From contig JBEKIF010000013.1 in assembly GCA_050011895.1 (NCBI GenBank), positions 27,744-91,743 of the forward strand: a stretch of 64,000 nt of DNA, given 5' to 3'. Shown here one piece after another: positions 1 to 8,989 of this stretch. Under the pieces are notes generated by a model, which was given only the letters and a program-made list of their open reading frames with translations, was not told the origin of the DNA and did not search any database. The stretch's first letter is position 1. Each line of letters opens with the position of its first letter. The position numbers and the translations under genes are program-made. Origin of the DNA: Streptosporangiaceae bacterium (GTDB lineage Bacteria; Actinomycetota; Actinomycetes; Streptosporangiales; Streptosporangiaceae).

Positions 1-519
1 GCGACGAGACTGTCCGTCGTCTGCACATGCTGGCCGCTGTAGAGCGTGAGCGACGTGCTGCCCGACCCTCCGACGGCGCCGCAGCCGGCCAGCAGCCCGC
101 CGCCGATGACCATCGCGGCGACGACAGCGGCCCGGCGGCTCACCACGCCGGGCCAGCCGAGAGCGCGCCGATCCGGTCGCTCGCCATGGCGGCTGGCTCC
201 CTGCTGCGCCGCTGCTGCCGTTGATACCGAAGAACTGCCTGGTATTCCGTGATCATCGTCCCGTCCGGCGGTGGGGTCATCAGCGATTGAATTAGCTTAG
301 GCTAACCTAATAACGGGTCGATGGCGGGCCCTTCCGACTGAGCGGAGCTTTGGCTGCGAGCTCCGGGCCGCCATCGCGTACGGGCCCCGACCAGGTCCTC
401 CGCTGCCAGTTCCATCTCAAGGCCGGACCGGCCGCGCTGCAGAAGACCGTGGCGCGGTGGCGTCGACCACCACGCGCAGCCGCTGGCCGATCCGTGAGAC
501 CACCGGCCCGCCGGGTCCT

Positions 520-720
520 GGCTGCCCGCGCGGCCAGCCTGCCGCCCGCGCGGCCAGGCTGCCGCTCGCGCGGCCCGCCTGGCGCTCGCGCGGCCAGCCT
601 GCCGCCCGCCTGGCGCTCGCGCGGCCAGCCTGCCGCCCGCCTGGCGCTCGCGCGGCCAGGCTGCCGCCCGGGGAGTCCGGCCGCTCGCGCGGCCAGCCTG
701 CCGCCCGGGGAAGCCGGCTG
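520..720. repeat. GC-rich degenerate tandem repeat array (unit ~31 bp, cgcgcggccagcctgccgcccgcctggcgct, about 6 copies)
   Basis: Read directly: the units cgcgcggccagcctgccgcc and cgcctggcgct recur head-to-tail. Overlapping ORFs in three frames (302..823-, 350..832+, 457..861+) are all repeat-driven Ala/Arg/Pro-rich, so coding status is doubtful. Confidence 0.7.
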
Positions 721-855
721 GCCTACGAGCTCGGCCTCGGCGGTCGCCGGTACCGGGGGAGACGAGATCGCGGCCCGCGCTGTCACCGAGTCCAAGATCG
801 TCGCCTCGCCCGAAGTCCGGCAATCTGGCTGAAACTGCTCTCCAAAGTCAAGATC

Positions 856-938
856 ATCTAGAACCTATACCGGATTTAGTGGGAATATAACGGACATTAG
901 GCCCATGCAAGCCACCAAATCCGGTATAGGTTCGAGCT
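856..938. repeat. AT-rich imperfect inverted repeat / stem-loop
   Basis: Arm aacctataccggatttagtgg (862-882) is complementary to ccaccaaatccggtataggtt (912-932) at 20 of 21 positions. A 29-nt loop separates them. The flanking tctagaacc / ggttcgag extend the dyad imperfectly. It sits in a locally AT-rich patch between the two GC-rich arrays. Confidence 0.6.
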
Positions 939-1308
939 GGCCAGTTCTGGTAAGGGGTCAGGCCTCGTTTAGGCCAGCCGAATCGAAGCCGCATGGTCGA
1001 GTGTCACCCTGCTCGATCAACCGCCGGGCAGGAGCCCGGCGTGGTGGGTTTCGCAGGCAACATCGTTCTCGTGTCCCTGAGCGACATCGCCGCGGACCAC
1101 AGACTACGCATTGTTCGACTACTGCCGGGCATGTCACCTGGGGCGCCGCCGCCGCCGCTTGCCGGAGGCTCGGCCGGCCTGCCGGGCGGGCTGGCCGTCG
1201 GCGGGCGGGATCGCTGAGCCGGGAGGCTCTGACGCCCCTGGACGGGTGGCGCGGCCCTCGTGCTTCGCCCCGGCCGCCCCGACCAGCGGACCTTGCCGGG
1301 CGGCTGGG

Positions 1309-1440
1309 CTGGGCTGGGCGGGCTGGTTTGCGCGGTTCGGCTGGGCGGGCTGGTTTGCGCGGTTCGGCTGGGCGGGCTGGTTTGCGCGGTTCGGCTGGGC
1401 GGGCTGGTTTGCGCGGTTCGGCTGGGCGGGCTGGCTGGCC
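1309..1440. repeat. Tandem repeat, 27-bp unit ggctgggcgggctggtttgcgcggttc x ~5
   Basis: Five near-perfect consecutive copies read directly. Minus-strand ORF 958..1812 translates them as PARPAEPRK x5 and ORF 1134..1691 as QPAQPNRAN x5, so any coding would be repeat-only. Confidence 0.75.
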
Positions 1441-2046
1441 TTGCGGGGCAGGCTGGCGCGCCCGGCTCCGCTGACTTGCCGGCCCTGGCTGACCCGCGGA
1501 AGCCGGCTGACTGGCGCGGGCCGGCTGGCTGGCCGGGTCTGCCGGGCCCCCGGAGGCTGGCTGGCGTGCTTGGCGCCGGCTTGGCTGTCCTGGCGGGCCG
1601 GCGCCGACGGCCTGGGCGTCGCGGTCGCGCGCCTGTCCTTCATGCTCGGCATGCGGCCTCGACACGTCCCTGGCCCGCATAGCCGCGTCAACTGTTACCT
1701 TCATGCCTGTCATAGCGGTCCATCCCGGCTCGCGATCGGGTAGGGGCAAGAAAATCGCCGCACACCATGGCGCTGGATTCCATGACGGCGCGGTGGAGCG
1801 TGGGCAGGGCACCCGGCCGCGGTCCGGCCACTAGGCCGTGGTGCCCGGTTGGTATTCAGGATATGGTCCGTCACTTTGATGACCTGGTCTACCTGGCAGG
1901 CGCAGTACCCTGCCGCGCGCCCGCCCCGCGGAATGTCGACCCGCCAGACCCGCAGCCCGTCGGTCAGCCGCGCCGGCCCTGCTTCGCGCGGCTAACGGGT
2001 TCGCAGCGGGTGGATATCCCGCATCTACCGGTACAGTGCCGGCATC

Positions 2047-3147
2047 ATGGTTCATCACGTCCCGCACCGTTTCATGGCCGCGGCGCAGGCAGCGCTGTTC
2101 CGGCTACGCGGCGTGATCCGCCGGCAGTTCATCACCAGGAACCGGCGGCTGGCGTTCGGGCTGGCGATCTCCGTGGTGGCGATCGGCGCGGCAGCGGTCC
2201 GGGTGTCGGTGTCGTGGTTCTCGCCCGGCGTGATGATCCTGCCCATCCTGGCCGGCGGCCTACTGCTGTGGCCGCGGGCGCTGCGAATCCTGTTCTGCGT
2301 GGTCGCTGTGATGCTCGGCTACGACTGGCTGGAGGGCCGCGCTGAGCCTGGCATCGTCGCCACCATCGTTGTCACTGCCCTGATTGCCGATGTGCTCGCC
2401 AGGACCAGGGAGAAGCTTGGCGTCCAGGGACTGCGCGGCGACCAGATGCTGATTGAGCTGCGGGACCGGATCCGTGCCCAGAGCAGGCTGCCCGAACTGC
2501 CTTTTGGCTGGCAGTCCGTTTCGGTGCTCAGGCCAGCAGGGGGCTCGTCGTTCGGCGGCGATTTCGTGGTCTCCGCATGTGACGGGAAAACACTCGAAGT
2601 CGCGCTGGTGGACGTGTCAGGTAAAGGTATCGACGCCGGGACCCGCGCGCTGCTGCTGTCCGGCGCGTTCGGCGGGCTTCTCGGCTCGGTTCCTGCCGGG
2701 CAGTTCCTGGCCTGCTGTAATGCCTACCTGCGGCGCGGCGCCGTCACCGAGGGCTTCGTAACGGCGGTGCACCTAGCGCTTGACCTGGGGACCGGAGAAT
2801 ATGTGGTTGACTCAGCCGGTCACCCGCCAGCGGCGCATTTCGAGGCTGGCAGCGGCAAGTGGCGGCTTACCCAGGCCAGCGGCGTGGTGCTTGGCGTGGT
2901 CCCTGATCTGCGCAGCGTCCCTGAGGGCGGCGCGCTGCGGCCTGGAGATGCGCTGATGCTCTATACCGACGGGCTCGTCGAGGCGCCGGGCCGGGACATC
3001 GACGTGGGCATCGACCGGCTGCTCGGTGCGGCGGACCGGCTGGTGACATCGGGCTTCGGGGCGGGTGCCGCGCGCCTTGTCCAGACGATGCAGGAAGGGG
3101 AGCGCAGCTCCGACGACTGTGCGCTGGTGCTTATCTGGCGGGGCTGA
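2047..3147 (+). CDS. Membrane-anchored PP2C-type (SpoIIE-like) serine phosphatase
   Basis: The N-terminus carries ~3 hydrophobic helices (LAFGLAISVVAIGAAAV, VMILPILAGGLLLW, ILFCVVAVMLGY). The C-terminal PP2C/SpoIIE motifs are GGDFVV, VALVDVSGKGIDAG and LYTDGLVE. The 3' end overlaps cvnD convergently by 17 bp. Confidence 0.75.
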   Translation: MVHHVPHRFMAAAQAALFRLRGVIRRQFITRNRRLAFGLAISVVAIGAAAVRVSVSWFSPGVMILPILAGGLLLWPRALRILFCVVAVMLGYDWLEGRAEPGIVATIVVTALIADVLARTREKLGVQGLRGDQMLIELRDRIRAQSRLPELPFGWQSVSVLRPAGGSSFGGDFVVSACDGKTLEVALVDVSGKGIDAGTRALLLSGAFGGLLGSVPAGQFLACCNAYLRRGAVTEGFVTAVHLALDLGTGEYVVDSAGHPPAAHFEAGSGKWRLTQASGVVLGVVPDLRSVPEGGALRPGDALMLYTDGLVEAPGRDIDVGIDRLLGAADRLVTSGFGAGAARLVQTMQEGERSSDDCALVLIWRG

Positions 3148-3745
3148 CGTAGCCAGGATCCAAGCTGAGCAGGTTGATAGCGTGCTCCACGAGAGCGATC
3201 AGGACATCGCGCGACGATGCCCGCTGGCGCGCATCGCACAGCACGACTGGCACATCGGGATCTAGGTCGAGCGCGGTACGGACGGCGCCCTCGGGAAAGC
3301 GCTTCGCTCCGTCGAAGCAGTTCACCGCCACGATGAAAGGTGTCCCTTGGCATTCGAAGTAGTCAACTGAGGCGAAACAGTCAGCGAGCCGCCGGGTGTC
3401 CGCCATGATCACCGCACCGAGGGCCCCGAGTGCGAGGTCGTCCCACATGAACCAGAACCGGCGCTGGCCTGGCGTGCCGAACAGGTACACGACCAGGTCC
3501 TCGCGGATGGTAATGCGCCCGAAGTCCATCGCGACCGTGGTGGTGGTCTTGTGCTCCACTCCGTCGGTCAAGTCGATATGCGCGCCCGGCTCGCTCAGGT
3601 GCTCCTCGGTCCGCAGCGGCCGGATCTCGGTCACGGAACTCACCATGGTGGTCTTGCCGGCCCCGAAGCCGCCCGCGACGAGGATCTTGATTCCCACCGG
3701 CGTTGGGTGCGAATAGGCACCCTGATCAGAGCTTGCGTAGGCCAT
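3131..3745 (-). CDS. cvnD: Conservon GTPase (CvnD-like, Ras-like ATP/GTP-binding protein)
   Basis: P-loop KILVAGGFGAGKTT and ~200 aa length; it is the last gene of the HK-roadblock-DUF742-GTPase operon typical of Streptomyces conservons. Confidence 0.75.
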   Translation of the reverse strand: MAYASSDQGAYSHPTPVGIKILVAGGFGAGKTTMVSSVTEIRPLRTEEHLSEPGAHIDLTDGVEHKTTTTVAMDFGRITIREDLVVYLFGTPGQRRFWFMWDDLALGALGAVIMADTRRLADCFASVDYFECQGTPFIVAVNCFDGAKRFPEGAVRTALDLDPDVPVVLCDARQRASSRDVLIALVEHAINLLSLDPGYVSPAR

Positions 3746-4097
3746 CTGCCACCTCCCGCAGCAGTCGCGGGTCGGTCAGCCTCATCGGTACCGGGTGATG
3801 AACTGCGACGAGGCCGCCTTCTCGCAGGTCGGCGATCAGGATCCGGACCACGCCGAGCGGAAGGTCAAGATCGGCGGCCAGGTCAGCCACCGAGATCGGG
3901 AGGCGGCACCGGTGCAGCACGACCAGGTGCTCGGGCTCGAGGCCCAGGGGGTCGGCACGAGAGCCGCGGATTGCGACCACCATGGAGACCAGGTCGAAGC
4001 TCTCACCACTCGGCCGGGTCCGGCCGCCGGTCAGCGCATAAGGGCGGACCACCGGGCCGGCGTCGCCGTCAAGCCACCTGTCTGCGGCCGGGGACAC
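3726..4097 (-). CDS. cvnC: Conservon DUF742 protein (CvnC-like)
   Basis: 123 aa with an RPYALTGGRTRP motif and a C-terminal HTH-like LADLDLPLGVVRILIADL. It sits between the roadblock and GTPase genes and overlaps cvnD by 20 bp. Confidence 0.7.
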   Translation of the reverse strand: MSPAADRWLDGDAGPVVRPYALTGGRTRPSGESFDLVSMVVAIRGSRADPLGLEPEHLVVLHRCRLPISVADLAADLDLPLGVVRILIADLREGGLVAVHHPVPMRLTDPRLLREVADGLRKL

Positions 4098-4103
4098 CGG
4101 AAC

Positions 4104-4511
4104 TCACTTCGTCCCTGCGCCGGTGGACACCGGCCGATGGGCCACAGTCAGGTGCTCGCCTACCCGTTTGACGAGAACCGCCATCTCATAAGCGACCAGA
4201 CCGGCGTCAGCCGAGGCCGTGGTCAGAACGGCGAGGCAGCTGCCCTCGCCGGCGGCGGTCACAAACAAGAACGCGAAATCCATTTCGACAATGGTCTGCC
4301 GCACGTTACCGCCGCCGAAATGCGCACCAGCCCCCCTGGCCAGGCTCTGGAAGCCGGCCGCGACCGCGGAAAGGTGCTCGGCGTCCTCTCGGCTCAGCCC
4401 GGCCGACGCGCCGATAGCAAGGCCGTCCCTGGACAGAATGGCGGCCTTGTCGATGTGGACGACCCTGGCGACCAGGTCATCGAGAAGCCAGTCAAGTTCG
4501 CTGACGCTCAT
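4104..4511 (-). CDS. cvnB: Roadblock/LC7 domain protein (CvnB-like)
   Basis: 135 aa with roadblock-like sequence (LDWLLDDLV...VVHIDKAAILSRDGLAIGAS...), immediately downstream of the sensor kinase. Confidence 0.7.
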   Translation of the reverse strand: MSVSELDWLLDDLVARVVHIDKAAILSRDGLAIGASAGLSREDAEHLSAVAAGFQSLARGAGAHFGGGNVRQTIVEMDFAFLFVTAAGEGSCLAVLTTASADAGLVAYEMAVLVKRVGEHLTVAHRPVSTGAGTK

Positions 4512-4553
4512 GGGATGCCCCCCTGGTGGTCTGGCCCGCTGCTGATTCGCGGG

Positions 4554-7142
4554 TCACTCATCGCTCCGCGCCGTGCTGGCCTCATCGAGAGGCTCTGGGC
4601 TCAGTACTGTCCCGGATGCAGGATCCGCGGTGCCTGATGCGGACCGGCCACGTTCCCAGCCCCGTTGAAGGGCCGAGACCGTGCTGCGTGCCGCCTCCGG
4701 CGACGGCCCTCGCGGGCCGTTCTCGGGGGCCGCGAATCCGCCGCGATCCCTCAGTTGAGGCGCCAGGCTGGCCTGGCGAACTCGTACCGGCAGGCCCAGG
4801 TCGGTCAGTTCGGTGGTCGTCCCCCCCGGGTCCATGGCCGCTGAGTCGCCATGCTCGTCCAGTAGCTGGCCCGGGCCAAACGCAAGCGAGCCGGCTGCGG
4901 CCATTGCCGGTTCCGTGTTAGCCAGCGGCGCGAGGTCGCTGGCCCGGGTTGAGCTCGGCCCGGGAGTGGCGGAGACCCGGCCGGCCGGGATGACCCATGG
5001 ATCGAAGGCCGGTTCAGGCGAAGGATCGGCTGGCCGGCCGGCTGCCAGGGCGGGTGCGGGATCGACGGTCAGTCCCGGTGGCGGGGTGCCGGCCGGTTCT
5101 GGCGGCTGAGCCGCGCCCGATGACAAAGCGCTTGGCTGCGCCAGGGCAGTCGGCTCGAGACCGGCTCCCTGATGCAGCGCAGCAGGCCGGCCGGTGAGCC
5201 GCATCGCACGGTCGGCCGCCGACCCGGGCTCAAGTTCGAAGCCAGCCTCTACTTCGAAGATAAGCGCCTGCGGGATCAGCACGATCGCCGTAGTGCCCCC
5301 GTAGGGTGATGGCCGCAGGGATATCTGGATCTTGTGCCGTCTGGCGAGCTGCCCGGCAATGAAGAGGCCGAGCTGGTCACTGCCCGACAGGTCGAATGGC
5401 GCCGGGTGGGCGAGATTGTGATTGATCTCGGTGCGCTTCTCATCGGGGATGCCGAGGCCGCGATCCTCGATGTCAATGGCGAATCCTCTGCCGACAACGT
5501 CACCATGGATCCGGACCGGGGTATTGGGCGGTGAGAAGATCGTCGCATTCTCGGCCAGTTCCGCGATCAGGTGAATGACGTCGGCGACCGCCGAGCCGAC
5601 CAGCGCTGCCCGGGTGCCGGTCGTGACCCGGATCCTGGTGTAGTCCTCCACTTCGGCGACAGCGGCGCGCAAGACGTCGGCGAGCGGCACTGGGTTGCGC
5701 CAGCCGCGGCCTGGCGACTCGCCAGACAGGATGATCAGGCCCTCAGAGTGCCTGCGCATCCGGGTAGTCAGATGGTCGATGCGGAACAGGTCCTCAAGCT
5801 CGCCAGGCTCGGTGGCGCGCCGTTCCATGGCGTCGAGCAGTGCTAGCTGGCGGTGCAGTAGCGACTGACTGCGCCTGGCCAGGTTGCGGAAGACGTCGCT
5901 GATGCCGCGCCGTACTCTCGCCTCGTCCACCGCCGCCTCTACCGCGGTCCGTTGCACCGCGTTGAAGGCTTCTCTGACCTGGCCGATTTCATCAGAACTC
6001 GATTCCAGCTGTGGTGCCTCCGCAGACACATCCACGTCCTGGCCCGCGCGCAACCGCTGCACCAGGCTCGGCAGGCGTTCGTTGGCCAGTTCCAGGGCGG
6101 ACTTCCTGAGGCCCGCCAGCTGGCTGACAAGTCCGCGGCCGATCCAGATCGACATGATGATGGACAAGATGATCGCCAACAGCCCGAGACCGCCGGCCAG
6201 GATGAGCCGTCGATAGGTCGCGTTGGCGACTGGCTGTGCCCGGATCGTCAGCTCGTTAGCCGCCTGGTCACTCGCCTGCGAGAGGCCGGCCGATACTCCC
6301 CCCACCGCGCTGGTCCAGGCTGCCGGGGACACCGGCGGCACGCTGCGCGGACGCGGGTCATTGATGACGTCGTCTTCGAGCGCAGCGAGTTTGGCGGAGG
6401 CCCGCGGACTGACGTCCTTCAGGTAGTAGCCACGGTAGACCGGATCGAGATCGGGCAGCGTCTGGGCGTAAAGAGCCCGGCGCGCTCCGGCAAGCTCGGT
6501 AAATATCTGCCGGTCAGCAGCGTTGAATGAGCCTGCGGCCAGATCGCCGGTGAGAAGCGCGTCCTCCTGCAGCAGCATCTCCTCCGATTTACCCATGCCG
6601 ACCAATGCGAGTCCCTGGGTAGTTAGCGGGACATTGGTCTGCTGGAGAATGATCTTATTCAGCACTGCGCTGGCGCCGGCGATAAGAGTGTTGTATCCAT
6701 TCACCGCCTCCGGCCTGCTGATGCTCCGCGAGGTGATCCGGGAGCGGAGCGCTCCGAGGCCCGCCATGTCCTTGAGCAGCACCGCGAATGCCTGTTTTTC
6801 CGGTGCGGAGGCGCTACCCATCGTGGCGGGGGAGTTGACCGCGGTGCTGAAGACCGACAGGGCCTTGCCCGTCCTCACCTCCTGCGTGTGCAGCGCCCCC
6901 AGTATCAGCGGGTTAGGGCTGGCCAGGTAGACCACCGCGATCAGTCGCTCGGCGTCGACCTGGGCCTCAAGCTGTCCGGTCGGCAAGCCAATGGTGTTCT
7001 TCACCGTCTTGGACCGGGCGAGGTTGATGGCGTCGCTTGCCGTGATGCTCACGGCGAATGCATACAGCCCGATCAGAGACAGAATGGGGATGAGGACCAG
7101 CAGGAAGATCCTCAGACGAATGGACCGGCGGTGCAAACCCAT
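4554..7142 (-). CDS. cvnA: Conservon sensor histidine-kinase-like protein (CvnA-like; N-terminal TM, nitrate/nitrite-sensing-like periplasmic region, HAMP, HATPase_c)
   Basis: 862 aa. An N-terminal TM helix (IFLLVLIPILSLIGLYAFAV) and a second TM (LILAGGLGLLAIILSIIMSIWI) precede the HATPase region (LIAELAENATIFSPPNTPVRI, DIEDRGLGIP). The C-terminal third is long, Pro/Ala-rich and low-complexity. Confidence 0.8.
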   Translation of the reverse strand: MGLHRRSIRLRIFLLVLIPILSLIGLYAFAVSITASDAINLARSKTVKNTIGLPTGQLEAQVDAERLIAVVYLASPNPLILGALHTQEVRTGKALSVFSTAVNSPATMGSASAPEKQAFAVLLKDMAGLGALRSRITSRSISRPEAVNGYNTLIAGASAVLNKIILQQTNVPLTTQGLALVGMGKSEEMLLQEDALLTGDLAAGSFNAADRQIFTELAGARRALYAQTLPDLDPVYRGYYLKDVSPRASAKLAALEDDVINDPRPRSVPPVSPAAWTSAVGGVSAGLSQASDQAANELTIRAQPVANATYRRLILAGGLGLLAIILSIIMSIWIGRGLVSQLAGLRKSALELANERLPSLVQRLRAGQDVDVSAEAPQLESSSDEIGQVREAFNAVQRTAVEAAVDEARVRRGISDVFRNLARRSQSLLHRQLALLDAMERRATEPGELEDLFRIDHLTTRMRRHSEGLIILSGESPGRGWRNPVPLADVLRAAVAEVEDYTRIRVTTGTRAALVGSAVADVIHLIAELAENATIFSPPNTPVRIHGDVVGRGFAIDIEDRGLGIPDEKRTEINHNLAHPAPFDLSGSDQLGLFIAGQLARRHKIQISLRPSPYGGTTAIVLIPQALIFEVEAGFELEPGSAADRAMRLTGRPAALHQGAGLEPTALAQPSALSSGAAQPPEPAGTPPPGLTVDPAPALAAGRPADPSPEPAFDPWVIPAGRVSATPGPSSTRASDLAPLANTEPAMAAAGSLAFGPGQLLDEHGDSAAMDPGGTTTELTDLGLPVRVRQASLAPQLRDRGGFAAPENGPRGPSPEAARSTVSALQRGWERGRSASGTADPASGTVLSPEPLDEASTARSDE

Positions 7143-7330
7143 GACGTTGCCTCGGCGTGAGATGTAACAAGCGAACCCCGATGCTGGGGACGTTCCCCCA
7201 GGAAGGTCTGCGAGCCTAACACCGCAATATCAAGATCACTAGCAAAAAGCGGCATGTCACGATCAAGCATCAGAAATCAGCAAATTGCATTCCTCATATC
7301 TCAGACTTCATCATGCCGTCCATGGAAGCC
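7143..7330 (-). promoter_or_regulatory. AT-rich putative promoter/leader region of the conservon operon
   Basis: Local AT enrichment (atatcaagatcactagcaaaaagcggcatgtcacgatcaagcatcagaaatcagcaaattgcattcctcatatctc) lies immediately upstream of the cvnA start in an otherwise ~72% GC context. No explicit -10/-35 was assigned. Confidence 0.3.
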
Positions 7331-7560
7331 AGGCCGGGGTTCACGGAATCCCCCGAGTCTGATGCCACAGCCGAGAGTGCCATAGGCACCCAAATCATCC
7401 CAAGGTCGCTCAGGTTCTGAGTTCAGGGCTGCCAGGTGCGTGGCGGGAGGCCGACAAAAGTTGGTGCTGGCCACGCGAGGTCCGCCCGGATCCTGCCGAG
7501 GCCGGCTAGGTTGCCCCGGCCGGCTGGGATGCAGCCGAAGTCGGTGGGTTCTGGCTCGGC

Positions 7561-7698
7561 GGGCCGGGACTCTGGGTGGCGGCGGGCCGGGACTCTGGGT
7601 GGCGGCGGGCCGGGACTCTGGGTGGCGGCGGGCCGGGACTCTGGGTGGCGGCGGGCCGGGATTCTGGGTGGCGGCGGGCCGGGATTCTGGCGTGGTGA
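7561..7698. repeat. Intergenic tandem repeat, 23-bp unit gggccgggactctgggtggcggc x ~6 (last copies attctg variants)
   Basis: Read directly. The 23-bp period is not a multiple of 3. Overlapping ORFs on both strands show 23-aa (69-bp) periodicity, which is consistent with repeat artefacts. Confidence 0.75.
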
Positions 7699-7989
7699 GT
7701 TCGCTGCGGAGCGTCCTCGTTACTTGTAGCCACCGCCCGGGCCGTGCTAATAGAGTAACGATGTCCGGGGCCAGTGTGACGTGGGCGTCAGTTATGGTCC
7801 CCGGGCGGCAAGAACGGGATTTGGACTTGGCGGTACCGGGAAGAACGACCCAGGTGCGGCAAAGGCGCAAATGGGTGCTGCTGATGGGGGAAGGCGCCGT
7901 GGTCCGGCCGCCGGAAGGCGACACCCACGTCATCTGACGGCCGTGTCATTATTTGCTTTTCAAATGAGAGCTGTGCAGAAATATGGAAC

Positions 7990-8988
7990 GTGACGCGCGA
8001 CGGGATGCGAATCAGCGGCGGGTTCCTTGAGGGGGCTCAAGTGCCGCCGACAACAGCGGACGCGCTGGCCATAAGGGCTACGCGCGAGAACTTCCCTGTC
8101 GCGCTGCGGCTGCTGCCCGCACGCTACCGGCGGCATCTGATGGCTGTGTACGGCTTCGCCAGGACAGCCGACGACATCGGTGACCAGGCGCCAGCCGGTG
8201 ACCGGCTGCGCCTGCTCGACGAACTTCAGACCGACTTGCTTCGCCTGTACGCGCAACGGGTCGATGGCGGGGAAGGCGCTGGTCTGGTCAGCAGTGGCGG
8301 CGGGAGTGCTGGTCTGGTCGGCAGCGGCGGCGGGAGCGCCGGCCCGCTGGGCAACGACGGCCCGGCCGAACGGCCGAGGATCGACGTGGTCCGCGCGCTC
8401 GGGCCTGCCGTCGCCGAGTGCGGGATCCCGATGCAGCCCTTCGTGGACTTGATCAGGGCCAACCAGCAAGATCAGGTCGTCAGCGAGTACCGGACCTTCG
8501 AGGACCTGGTTGGCTACTGCCGTCTGTCGGCCAACCCGGTCGGCCGGATCGTGCTATACGTTTTCGGCAGCTATACCGAGCCACGGGCCGAGCTGTCCGA
8601 CGCCATCTGCACCGCGCTCCAGCTGGCCGAGCACTGGCAGGATGTCGCGGAAGACCTGCACGCGGGTCGCGTCTACCTGCCCGCCGATGACATGGAACGC
8701 TACGGCTGCTCGGCGCGGGACCTGGCCGCAGAGTCGGCCGGGGCACCGGTCCGCGCGCTGATCGCGTTCGAAGTCGCGCGTGCACGTGCGCTGCTAGATA
8801 CTGGGGCACCGCTCATCGGGTCATTGCGCGGCGCCGCGCGGGCAGCGGTGGCCGGGTACGTGGCTGGCGGTCGCGCCGCGCTCGCCGCCATTGCGGCGGC
8901 CGATTACGACGTGCTGCGCGGTACGCCGGTGGCGCGCCGCCGCCGGGTCGCCGGTGAGCTAGCGCTGGCCGTTACGAGGGGGCGGTGA
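7990..8988 (+). CDS. hpnC: Squalene synthase HpnC (squalene/phytoene synthase family)
   Basis: Has ENFPVALRLLP, YGFARTADDIGD and YCRLSANPVGRIVL motifs and is the first gene of the hpnCDE-shc order. It carries an in-frame Gly/Ser-rich tandem insertion (GAGLVSSGGGSAGLVGSGGGSAGPLG). Confidence 0.85.
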   Translation: MTRDGMRISGGFLEGAQVPPTTADALAIRATRENFPVALRLLPARYRRHLMAVYGFARTADDIGDQAPAGDRLRLLDELQTDLLRLYAQRVDGGEGAGLVSSGGGSAGLVGSGGGSAGPLGNDGPAERPRIDVVRALGPAVAECGIPMQPFVDLIRANQQDQVVSEYRTFEDLVGYCRLSANPVGRIVLYVFGSYTEPRAELSDAICTALQLAEHWQDVAEDLHAGRVYLPADDMERYGCSARDLAAESAGAPVRALIAFEVARARALLDTGAPLIGSLRGAARAAVAGYVAGGRAALAAIAAADYDVLRGTPVARRRRVAGELALAVTRGR

Positions 8989-8989
8989 G

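Noticed and set aside
250-330. Near-palindrome ttagcttaggctaacctaa as a regulator binding site
   Set aside because: The dyad symmetry is imperfect and short and has no associated gene start. It could be chance in an AT-richer patch.
520-1440. Possible CRISPR array suggested by regularly spaced repeats
   Set aside because: Repeat units are contiguous head-to-tail with no unique spacers, are GC-rich and degenerate, and no cas genes are nearby. They are microsatellite-like tandem arrays, not CRISPR.
958-1812. 284-aa minus-strand protein with PARPAEPRK x5 repeats
   Set aside because: The ORF is continuous only because the 27-bp tandem repeat is frame-neutral over 81 bp. Three overlapping ORFs in different frames and strands read the same repeats, and there is no non-repeat conserved domain. 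It is kept as a repeat, not a CDS, although a proline-rich secreted protein cannot be excluded.
1767-2345. 192-aa ORF upstream of and overlapping the PP2C gene start
   Set aside because: It is Arg/Pro-rich with no motifs, and its 3' half overlaps the well-supported PP2C N-terminal TM region in another frame.
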